Part shown: positions 55,285 through 64,000 of the stretch, in pieces
Numbering within the stretch: the first letter of the stretch is position 1
Layout: the number at the start of each line of letters is the position of its first letter
Source: an uncultured Verrucomicrobiae bacterium
GTDB lineage: Bacteria; Verrucomicrobiota; Verrucomicrobiia; Chthoniobacterales; JAFAMB01
Direction: 5' to 3'
Assembly: GCA_963762565.1 (NCBI GenBank)
Contig: CAVXLD010000001.1
Span: 32,001-96,000 of the forward strand
Length of the DNA: 64,000 bases
Notes under the pieces: model-generated
The model's input: the letters and a program-made list of their open reading frames with translations, nothing else
Databases searched by the model: none
Told to the model about the DNA's origin: nothing
Program-made: the position numbers and the translations under genes

Positions 55285-56049
55285 ATGAATATCAGATCTG
55301 TGAACCCAAAATCTGCTCCTGTTTCTGTTGCTGAACACTACCAGAGCCTCTTGGCCGACCGATACAGCTGGATGTTTGGTTCGTTTGAGCAAAAGGCGGC
55401 CGAACAAGAGGCGTTGTTCAAAAGGTTAAGCCTCCACCATGATCCCAAAGGTCCGGCGCTCGACCTCGGCTGCGGCTCCGGCTTTCAATCGATAGCCTTG
55501 GCCCGACTCGGATTTGAAGTAACCTCTATCGACTTTAGTGAACGGTTACTGGAAGAATTGACCCAACACCAAGGCTCGCTTCCGATCACGGCTTTACACG
55601 GCGATTTCCGCGATCTCAGGGAATTTCCCGATGATTCGAACGAAGTCGTGGCTTGCATGGGAGACAGTCTCATCCATTTGCCAGCGAGATCCGATATCCC
55701 CGAGCTCTTCCGTGAAATAAAAAGAATACTGAAGCCCGGGGGCAAGGTGATCATCAGCTTCCGGGACGTAAACGCCGAGCTGAAAGGTTTAGACCGGTTC
55801 ATCCCGATAAAATCTGATGCCGAGCGGATCATGACTTGCGTCTTGGAATATGAAACCGAGACGGTCGTGGTGACCGACCTTTTCTACGAGCGCACCCAAT
55901 CCGGGTGGTCTTTCCACAAGAGCTCCTATCGCAAACTTCGGATTGCTCCCAGCGCCGTGGCCGAAGAACTGCGCGGCGCAGGTTTGGCGGTGACATTCCG
56001 CGATGTCATCGCCGGGTTTCAGATTCTGGCGGCGGTGAAAAACCCGTGA
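55285..56049 (+). CDS. Class I SAM-dependent methyltransferase
   Basis: ALDLGCGSG, CMGDSLIHL, LKPGG. Confidence 0.9.
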   Translation: MNIRSVNPKSAPVSVAEHYQSLLADRYSWMFGSFEQKAAEQEALFKRLSLHHDPKGPALDLGCGSGFQSIALARLGFEVTSIDFSERLLEELTQHQGSLPITALHGDFRDLREFPDDSNEVVACMGDSLIHLPARSDIPELFREIKRILKPGGKVIISFRDVNAELKGLDRFIPIKSDAERIMTCVLEYETETVVVTDLFYERTQSGWSFHKSSYRKLRIAPSAVAEELRGAGLAVTFRDVIAGFQILAAVKNP

Positions 56050-56318
56050 GGGGCGTGTCGGCGAAACGGCGAATGGGCGAATGCGAATGGGCGAATGGGT
56101 ATCGGCGACGGGAGGGATCGCGTCCTCGCGATCCGTTGTGACCGGAGGAATGCGCTTGACGGTCCAAGGGCGATGCGATGCGCACGCATAGCTCAAATCC
56201 GGCCCGGTTGAGCTAGCGAAGTCGTTGCCGTAGGGCGCGCCGAGATTTTCGCCCCAACAGGCGCTTCGCCCACTCGCCCATTCGCCCATTCGCCGTTTCG
56301 CCCTTTCGCCCACTCGCC

Positions 56319-56981
56319 TCACTTCTCCATCCAACCGTCCTTCAGCCGCACGATGCGCTTGCCGTAGGACGCATTTTCCTCAGAGTGCGTTACCTGTATG
56401 ATTGTCGTACCCTCAGAGTTAAGCCGCTTAAAGAGCTCCATTATCTCGCGGGCCTGATCCGAATGCAGGTTACCGGTCGGCTCATCGGCCAGAATCAGCT
56501 CCGGATTGGCCACAATGGCTCGGACAACCGCCACCAATTGTTGTTGGCCGCCGGACAATTGGCTGGGGAAAAGATCACGTTTGCCTACGATATTGAACCG
56601 ATCCAAAGCGTCACAAACAATTGACTCCCGTTGGGATGGCAGCACATCCCGGTACGATAATGGTAACTCTATATTCTCGTAAACGGTTAGATCATCCAAA
56701 AGATGATAGGACTGAAACACGAAACCGGTATGCTTCTTGCGAAGGTTTACGCGTTCTTTCTGTTTCAGTTTATGGACCGGTTGCTCCAGTAGATAAAATT
56801 CCCCTTCCCATTCTGCGTCATGCAAACCGAGGATATGCAGAAGAGTGGATTTGCCCGCGCCGGAAGGCCCCATGACCGACACAAAATCACCGGGTTCAAC
56901 GGTCAGATTGATCTGACGTAACACGTAATAAAACCCGTTCTTCAGTTTATAACTTTTCTCGACGTTCTTAAGCTCAATCAT
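56319..56981 (-). CDS. ABC transporter ATP-binding protein (LolD/MacB type)
   Basis: [31 protein letters not shown]. Confidence 0.95.
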   Translation of the reverse strand: MIELKNVEKSYKLKNGFYYVLRQINLTVEPGDFVSVMGPSGAGKSTLLHILGLHDAEWEGEFYLLEQPVHKLKQKERVNLRKKHTGFVFQSYHLLDDLTVYENIELPLSYRDVLPSQRESIVCDALDRFNIVGKRDLFPSQLSGGQQQLVAVVRAIVANPELILADEPTGNLHSDQAREIMELFKRLNSEGTTIIQVTHSEENASYGKRIVRLKDGWMEK

Positions 56982-57070
56982 TTTAAAATTTCACCACAAA
57001 GACACAGAGATCAAGAAGGTCAATCCACAGAATTAATCGCGAATGGACACGAATCGACACGAAATTTTCT

Positions 57071-59506
57071 TCATTCTCGCAGCGTTTTTATTGGATCTAT
57101 CTGAGTCGCTCGCAGCGCCGGCACCAAGCATGCCACTGAAGCGGCAAAACCGAGTACCGCTACACTTGCGCAGAAAGAAATCGGGTCGACCGCGGAGACG
57201 CCGAACAACATGCTTTCGATTAGCCGACTTAGAAGTAGCGCAGTCATAAGTCCAATCATCAATCCGATACCAGCGATCTTTAGGCCGCTTCCAACAATTA
57301 ACCGGAGAATATCGGAGAGTTGCGCTCCCAGAGCGATCCTCACGCTTAGTTCCCGTTTTCGGAGACTGACTGAATACGAAAGCACGCCGTACAAGCCGAC
57401 GACGGCAAGAACCAGAGCAGCAGCCGAAAACACACCAACTAGCGCCATCTGCAGCCGGCGCGATGCAAACGAATCATAAATCACCTGATTGAACGGGTAA
57501 ATACTGGTTAACGGTAAGTTAGGATCAATCTCGGCAAGTGCTTCTCGCAGACCGTTGACTAAAGCATGTGGATCATTCTGGGTATGAAGCAAAAGGGTAA
57601 AGTCGTTCGTTATCCGCGGCGCGAAAGGAGACTGCGAGTAAAGAAAGTAAACCTGATACGGCGCCCGTGGAGAATCGGGACGATCATGTTGAATCACCGG
57701 AACAAGCCCGACGATCGTATAAACGTTTGGCCTGAGCCCGATACTGTTCACATCGTGAATCTGTTTTCCGATCGGATCCTGCCCGGGGAAAAACCGGTCC
57801 GCGAACTCGGTACTGACAACGATTACTTTTCCTTTATCGGGCCCGTCCTCTTGGTTAAACAGTCGCCCGTGCAACAACGGTATCCCAAACGTACGAAAAT
57901 AATCGATCGATACGATCTGGCTGCGCAAGGCAGGCATATCTTTTAATGGAGGATCGGGCTGACCAACGATGCCAAAAGCATTGGTACCAAACCCGCCGCT
58001 AAAGGGTAAATCATCGACCAGCGCGGTCGATATCACGCCGGGCAGCTGTTGGACTTTATCCAACAGCTTATCCAAGAAAACCTTACACGCGGCTTGGGTC
58101 GGATACTTTGCATCAGCGAGATAAACTTCAGCAGTCAAAATATGATCTGTCCTGAAGCCGAGAGAGACGCTCTGGATAGCCTGCAGGCTTCGCATGAGCA
58201 AGCCTGCCCCGGTCAAAAGAAGGCAGCTAAGAGCGACCTGCACTGCGACCAATATCGCCTGGGTTCGTTGCCGGTGACCGGACCTTCCAGCCCGCTCGCT
58301 TTCCCGGCTTAACGCGGAAGCGAGATTGACGCCAGTCCAAGCCGGGAAGAGCCCGGATGCAAGCGCCGTTAACAACATGATTAGCAGAACGAACGCCAGC
58401 GAACCGTTATCAACCGTAACCTCATGTACACGCGGGATGTTGGACGAATCCGCAGTCTTGATCGCCTGCAATGACCAAACCGCTATCCCAACACCGAGTA
58501 TGGCTCCGCCCACGGACAGCACAGCGCTTTCAGTTAGCAGCTGTAAGACCAACCGGGAACGACTCGCACCGAGGGCGGCTCGGATACTGACTTCCTTGAG
58601 ACGTTCTTGAGCTCGCGCCAAAAGCAGGTTCGCGACATTGGCGCAGGTAATCAGCAACAAACAAGCGACCGCCCCTTCTAATAACCACACGGTGGTCGAG
58701 TAATCGCTCACTACTCCCACAAGATAGGGTGCAATCCGAACCCCAAATCCGGCATCCGTGGCTGGATACGTCGCAATCAGATTTTGCTGAATCACCTCGA
58801 GGTCCGCCTGAGCCTGTTGGAGCGTGACCCCCTCTTTCAACCGGCCAACACATTCATAATAGGGGGCTCCGCGCCGGATCTTTTTGTTTGGGGCAAAGTC
58901 CGGGTCTTGGGTTGTCGGTGCATAAAGCTCAACATTGAACTCCTCGTCTGCTTGCCCTGGGGTAACGCCTACAACCTGGAAACTCCGGGAGCCTAATAGG
59001 ATGCTTCTCCCGATAACGGTTGGATCCGAGTTGAAGTGTGTCCGCCATAGATGTTCGCTAAGAACAACGACAGCGGCTGCACCCGGCCGATCGTCTTCCT
59101 CATCTAAAGGGCGTCCAAGAATTAACGGCCGCCCCATCACTCCAAAGAATGCTCCCGAGACATACAAACCCGGAATTTGCTCGGCGGGACCTCTCCCAGT
59201 TAGGTCGAACCAATCAAGATCGAAGGCAGCTAATCCGCTGAATGATTGTTGCGAGGCGCAGTAGTCAGCAAAATCGGGATAGTCAAAACCCCACGCGTTA
59301 TCGTTTTTGACAGTTCGGTCCAAACGGAACAACCGATCCGCATTTGGATAAGGCAACGGCTTTAACAGTACTCCATTAACCAAGCTGAATATCGCCGTGT
59401 TCGCTCCCATGCCCAGTCCAAGAATCAGCACCGCCATCAGGGTAAAGCCAGGCGATTTAAGTAATTGCCGGATCGTGTAGCGGAGATGGGAAACCAGGCT
59501 TCGCAT
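57071..59506 (-). CDS. Duplicated MacB/FtsX-type (ADOP-like) ABC permease
   Basis: KSPGFT..LGLGMGANTAIFS, LLITCANVANLLLAR, IRAALGA, GLYGVLSY, IDPIKTLRE. Confidence 0.93.
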   Translation of the reverse strand: MRSLVSHLRYTIRQLLKSPGFTLMAVLILGLGMGANTAIFSLVNGVLLKPLPYPNADRLFRLDRTVKNDNAWGFDYPDFADYCASQQSFSGLAAFDLDWFDLTGRGPAEQIPGLYVSGAFFGVMGRPLILGRPLDEEDDRPGAAAVVVLSEHLWRTHFNSDPTVIGRSILLGSRSFQVVGVTPGQADEEFNVELYAPTTQDPDFAPNKKIRRGAPYYECVGRLKEGVTLQQAQADLEVIQQNLIATYPATDAGFGVRIAPYLVGVVSDYSTTVWLLEGAVACLLLITCANVANLLLARAQERLKEVSIRAALGASRSRLVLQLLTESAVLSVGGAILGVGIAVWSLQAIKTADSSNIPRVHEVTVDNGSLAFVLLIMLLTALASGLFPAWTGVNLASALSRESERAGRSGHRQRTQAILVAVQVALSCLLLTGAGLLMRSLQAIQSVSLGFRTDHILTAEVYLADAKYPTQAACKVFLDKLLDKVQQLPGVISTALVDDLPFSGGFGTNAFGIVGQPDPPLKDMPALRSQIVSIDYFRTFGIPLLHGRLFNQEDGPDKGKVIVVSTEFADRFFPGQDPIGKQIHDVNSIGLRPNVYTIVGLVPVIQHDRPDSPRAPYQVYFLYSQSPFAPRITNDFTLLLHTQNDPHALVNGLREALAEIDPNLPLTSIYPFNQVIYDSFASRRLQMALVGVFSAAALVLAVVGLYGVLSYSVSLRKRELSVRIALGAQLSDILRLIVGSGLKIAGIGLMIGLMTALLLSRLIESMLFGVSAVDPISFCASVAVLGFAASVACLVPALRATQIDPIKTLRE

Positions 59507-59624
59507 TGGGGACTAGGAAATTTCACCACAAAGACACAAAGGTCACGAAGGTCAGAAATCTGTTTAGACGAAGGCTTTCATTATTTCGAAACTTCGTGTT
59601 CTTCGTGTCTTTGTGGTGGAATAT

Positions 59625-62075
59625 TCACTCTCTGAGTGTCTTCATCGGATCGATTCTGGCCGCCTTGAGAGCTGGTAATAAACAAGCCAAGAGCGCCGCC
59701 AGTCCCAGCACGAACACTGCGGCTAGCAATGACAACGGATCGCTTCCGGATACTCCATATAAGACTCCTTGAATCAGCCGGGTAAGAACCAGAGCTGCCC
59801 CGATCCCGATGAGGAGTCCGGCTCCGACAATCTTCAATCCATGTCGCACAACCAGGCGTAAGATATTTGCAGTCTGGGCTCCCAGCGCGATCCGGACACC
59901 GATCTCGCGTTTCCTTTGTGTCACCGAATAGGCTAGCACTGCGTATAGGCCTACAGCAGATAAGAGCAGGGCCGAACCTGAAAACAGACCCACTAAGAAT
60001 ACCCCTAGTCTTCGAGTTGCAGATCTTTCAGCCAGCAAATCATCAAAAGTTGTCGTGTCCGAAACCAGGACGTCGGAGTCGATTGAGGCAACGAGTTTGC
60101 GAATCGCAGGAATCAGGTCATGCGGATCACCAGCCGAACGCAGCAACAGAGTTTCACTAAACCAGGGACCTTGAGCATCAGGAAAATAGGCCTGATAAGT
60201 GGGCTGAGCGTCATCCGGATTGGCCACCCGAACGTTCTGGGCGACACCAACTATCGTATAATCAAGCTTCTTAAATCCGGAGATTACACCGTTGAAGGCT
60301 ATTTGTTCGCCAATCGGGCTTTTGTCTGGAAAGTAATGCTGCGCGATCGCTTCATCGATGATGACGACAAGTCGGCTATCGACTCGGTCGGCCGAATCGA
60401 AATCTCTTCCCGCTAACAGCGGGATTCGCAGGGTTTGAAAGTAGTCAGTCGAAATCGATTGGGTACCGCATACCGGGACCGGATCCGGGTTAGGGTCGCC
60501 CGGCACGTAAAAGCGGTCACTCAAAAAGTTATGAAATGGTGGAATAGAATTTAGCGCAGCAGACGTCACGCCGGGCAAAGATCGCGCTCGATCAAGCAAC
60601 GTGTTGAGAAATGCCACCATGTTAGCCGTGTGCGCCGCCCGCACGGACGGTTCAGTCTTAGCGGTGCGTGTATATTTGCTGCCATTTAATGACATTCCAG
60701 CGAGAAGGACATGATCGGGATCAAACCCGAGCGGAACGGCTTGGGCGATCTGAAGGCTGCGGGCAAGCAGTCCCGCGCAGATCAGCAGCACACAAGCAAA
60801 AGCGACCTGGAGGGTGACTAAGCCAGTTTGGGTACGCAGCCTTTTTCGGCCGATGGTAGTAGTGTTGCCTTCGTCTTTGAGAGTCGAGCCTAAGTCCGTC
60901 GTGGTAAGGGTCCAAGCCGGAAAAACGCCGAGCAATATTGAACTCAATACCGTGGTTCCTGCGAAAAAGCAGAGGGTCTCAATATTAAAACCGACCTCCT
61001 GGAATCGGGCCGGGGCGTTCGCGGGAGTGAGTACTCGAATAATTTCAAGGCCAAAGAAACCGAAAACCAACCCGGCAACGGCGCCAAACAAGGACAGGCA
61101 AGCACTTTCTAGCAGGGATTCGCCAATTAAATGGAATCGAGCGGCGCCGAGCGCGGTTCGAACCGCGGCTTCCTTCCGCCGGTCCAGCGTCCGAGTCAGG
61201 ATCAGGTTTGCGATATTGGCTGCAGCAATCAGAAACATGCATCCCACTGCGGCGGCGACGAGCCAGAGCGTTGTAGAATAATTACCCACCTCAGTATCTA
61301 AGAGCCCTGCAACGCGAATCCTGTAACCTTTATCGGTCGCCGGGTAGCGATTTATGAGGCCCTGGTGGATACTCTCCAATTCCGCTTGAGCTTGTGAAAG
61401 ACTGACCCCCGGCCTTAGACGCCCCATGCAGAGGAAAGGGTGCCGATCGCGGGCGTTGAAATCTGTTCCCCGCATCAGATGAATCGGCAAGTAAACGTCT
61501 ATTGACTGGCGTTCCACGGTTTGTCTTGGAACAACCCCGATTACCTCCAAGGCTCTCCCACTGATCATCAGTGTCGTCCCAATTACCCCGGGGTCAGCGT
61601 TGAAGTGAGTTCTCCAGAATTTCTCACCTAGCACGACGATGTTAGGTCCTCCTTCTTTGCCTTCAGCACTTGTGAAAGGACGTCCCAGGAGAAAACGGTG
61701 GCCGGAGATCGCAAACATTTCAGGCGAAACGAATTCTCCGCCGATTTGCTCTGCCGCTCCCCGGCCCGTAAGAATCATTTGGCCGCCGGTAAATATCGCT
61801 AGTTCCTGAAAACTGTGTTGGGCGGCCCTGATATCCTCATAGTCAGGGTAATCAAAACCATTGTATTCATCTCTCTGAATCGGCATGAAGAGCACGACCA
61901 ACCTCCCCGGATCAGGAAACGGCAGCGGCTTGAGGATCACCGCGTTAACCAGACTGAAGATTGCCGTATTAAGCGCCAATACCAAGCCCTAGAATTAGCA
62001 CCGCGATGATAGTAAATCCCGGCGACTTAGCGAGTAGCGGAGCGTATAGCGGAGATGAGAGATCAAACCGCGCAT
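59625..62075 (-). CDS. Second duplicated MacB/FtsX-type ABC permease (indels near 5' end)
   Basis: MRGLISHLRYTLR..KSPGFT at 62075-62010, then NTAIFSLVNAV..IDPMKTLRE. Confidence 0.88.
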
Positions 62076-62089
62076 CCCACGCGTAGGGC

Positions 62090-62105
62090 TGCAGCATCCA
62101 TGCCA
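62090..62105 (-). promoter_or_regulatory. Possible sigma54 promoter
   Basis: Minus strand TGGCATGGATGCTGCA (GG-N10-GC), 15 nt before the permease ATG. Confidence 0.35.
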
Positions 62106-62555
62106 TGTACACCCAAAAAAAAGAGCATCCACTACCTCACACTGTAGAGGAAACGCCGACAGCGCCGGCATCGCCGAGAGCGCCGACAACATGTCTGATC
62201 GCGCTCGACCACTGGTTGGCGCGCAGTTCCGCACCTACATGTTCTATCTTTCTTGGCGTCTTTGTGCCTTTGTGTGAGATTTCGATTCTGGCCTGTAGTT
62301 TCAAAATGAGAAACCAGCGTCTCAGTTTGAGACAAAGTGCCTCGCGCAGAGGACGCAAAAGCCGCGGAGATCAAAAGCTCGAGGATCTCCTGCTTCTTTA
62401 CCTCTGCGTCCGCGGCGACCTTTGCGCGAGGCTCTTCTCGTTGTACGTCGTCTCCGTACCGGTGGCGTACTGATATTGAGCAATCGCGGGTCGTTGAAGT
62501 GTGGTTCCGGTTCGTTTCGGTAGCAGTCAGACCCATAAATATGGTATCTGCACCC

Positions 62556-62813
62556 ATGAAGACTACTGTGGAGATTCCGGATGACTTGTTCAAGCGGGCC
62601 AAGGTGCTGGCCGCTCAAGAAGGAGTATCGATGAAGCAGCTCATTACAGAATCTCTTCAGCAAAGAGTCGCTAGACATTCGGCAGAAACCACGCTCGAGC
62701 CGGCTTGGAAGCGAGCATTCGGAGCTATGCGCGCCTATCGCAAGGAAAATCGGCGGATTGAGAAAATCATCGAGCAGGAATTCGAACAAATTGAGCCAGA
62801 GGACCGCAGATGA
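62556..62813 (+). CDS. vapB: VapB-like RHH antitoxin
   Basis: MKTTVEIPDDLFKRAKVLAA..G.SMKQLI; ATGA overlap with PIN gene; ccataaatatgg palindrome just upstream. Confidence 0.8.
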   Translation: MKTTVEIPDDLFKRAKVLAAQEGVSMKQLITESLQQRVARHSAETTLEPAWKRAFGAMRAYRKENRRIEKIIEQEFEQIEPEDRR

Positions 62814-63187
62814 TTTTAGACACGAACGCATTCTCTTCTTTGGCTGATGCAGATGAGACCCTTTTATCGGTATTGGAAGGGACCGAGGAATTGTGTCTTC
62901 CCGTGATCGTACTCGGGGAATATCGCTACGGAATCTTTAGCTCCCGGTATCGCACAAGGTACCAGCAATGGCTGGCACGTGATCTTCAGCTCTTCCGGCT
63001 CCTGGAGATTGTTGAGTCGACCACCGTTCATTACGCGACGATTCGTTCATCGCTAAAAACGCAAGGGACGCCGATTCCGGCGAACGATTGCTGGATTGCC
63101 TCCTTAGCCAAAGAACACCGTTTACCGATCGTCAGTCGAGACACACATTTCGACTTGGTGAAAGGTATTCGGCGCGTCGAGTGGTAG
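62810..63187 (+). CDS. vapC: VapC PIN-domain toxin
   Basis: MILDTN, VLGE, GTPIPANDCWIA, VSRDTHF. Confidence 0.92.
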   Translation: MILDTNAFSSLADADETLLSVLEGTEELCLPVIVLGEYRYGIFSSRYRTRYQQWLARDLQLFRLLEIVESTTVHYATIRSSLKTQGTPIPANDCWIASLAKEHRLPIVSRDTHFDLVKGIRRVEW

Positions 63188-63208
63188 ACCGGCGCGAGGT
63201 ACATGGAT

Positions 63209-63318
63209 CGCGCTGGGTAATTCGCGGGGGCCGCCCGATTTCACATGTATCCGTTACACCCACGCTGCTGGGAACACGCGAGGGTAAACGAAATACGTAC
63301 CAAAGCGGCTCCCCTCCA
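63209..63318. repeat. Half copy of the GGAGCCGC element
   Basis: cgctgggtaattcgcgggggccgcc .. caaagcggctcccctcca. Confidence 0.7.
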
Positions 63319-63391
63319 AGTCGCTTTTTTTGCATTCTTTGCGGCCACGCCGCAACGCTTCGCATAGCGATGCGGGCAGGGTCTTTCGCGG

Positions 63392-64000
63392 CTATTCCAT
63401 GAGATCTGGTCGAACCACCGTTTCAACCACCTGTCCGTTTGTCAGCGCGACACGATAAGCACGCGCGTCCGGTCGTGAAGTCACCAGATTGACAAGCTTT
63501 GTCCCTTGGAAATGGAGCGCAGCGCTGTTATCGATGCCATACCCTGCGCTTACATCACCGGCGGCTAAACACCGATGAAACGTCTCGCGTCGCCCTGCTT
63601 CATCATAGTGCGGACAACTGGTTCCCGGAAGGAAACCGAGACATTTTAGCGGATGTGGTTCTCCTTCCACCACAGAATCACTGATCGCCTGCTCGAACCA
63701 GCAGATCGCACCGGCGCTAATCCCGCAAAGGATCTTGCCTGCTTGCCAAGCCTCTCTCAGCGCTCGGTCCAATCCGTGTTCCCGCCAAATGGCTAACATC
63801 TTGCGGGTATTCCCGCCCCCGACGTAAAGAATATCGTTCTGGGAAACAGCGGCGATCGGATCTGACGTTTCTGAGCCGGTCAGGCTCAAATGCGTTGGCC
63901 GGCAAGGTAATTTCTCAAATGCGGTATAAAAGCGGTGGATATAATCATCGCTGTGTTCAGGAGGAATGAAACAGACCCGTGGCTCCGGGACAGATCCTCG
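63392..64000 (-). CDS. Peptidase S51 (peptidase E-like), 5' partial
   Basis: PRVCFIP, YVGGGNT, GISAGAICWF, CPHYD; frame open to the window end. Confidence 0.9.
   Translation of the reverse strand, partial: RGSVPEPRVCFIPPEHSDDYIHRFYTAFEKLPCRPTHLSLTGSETSDPIAAVSQNDILYVGGGNTRKMLAIWREHGLDRALREAWQAGKILCGISAGAICWFEQAISDSVVEGEPHPLKCLGFLPGTSCPHYDEAGRRETFHRCLAAGDVSAGYGIDNSAALHFQGTKLVNLVTSRPDARAYRVALTNGQVVETVVRPDLME

Noticed and set aside
62556..63187. VapBC as marker of a defence island or prophage
   Set aside because: Ordinary solitary TA pair; no integrase, phage or other defence genes nearby

Overview
Gene-dense bacterial window of roughly 55-60% GC. The gene content and repeat style suggest a soil Verrucomicrobiota/Spartobacteria-like genome, which is an inference. 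The coding content is mostly accessory or housekeeping: two TetR-EmrA-EmrB efflux modules, several MFS transporters, a class I FBP aldolase, two sigma54 enhancer-binding proteins, LysR/AraC/XRE/CGNR regulators, oxidoreductases, pdxY, an HpnO-like aminotransferase, a PP2C-Ser/Thr kinase fusion, tandem MacB/ADOP-type ABC permeases and a VapBC pair. About 8.6-15.9 kb is a low-quality consensus with huge poly-C and poly-A runs, but six degraded genes are still readable inside it. Scattered 1-nt frameshifts elsewhere look like long-read indels. The most unusual non-coding signal is a dense set of intergenic palindromic elements: paired 6-9 nt tandem arrays, several families of 200-290 bp nested four-arm inverted-repeat elements, a 36 bp hairpin inserted into another repeat, and a MITE with terminal inverted repeats and a target duplication. 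The most unusual coding signal is a pair of unannotated two-TM paralogs bracketing a putative sigma54 cascade. I found no CRISPR array, tRNA, rRNA or intact transposase.
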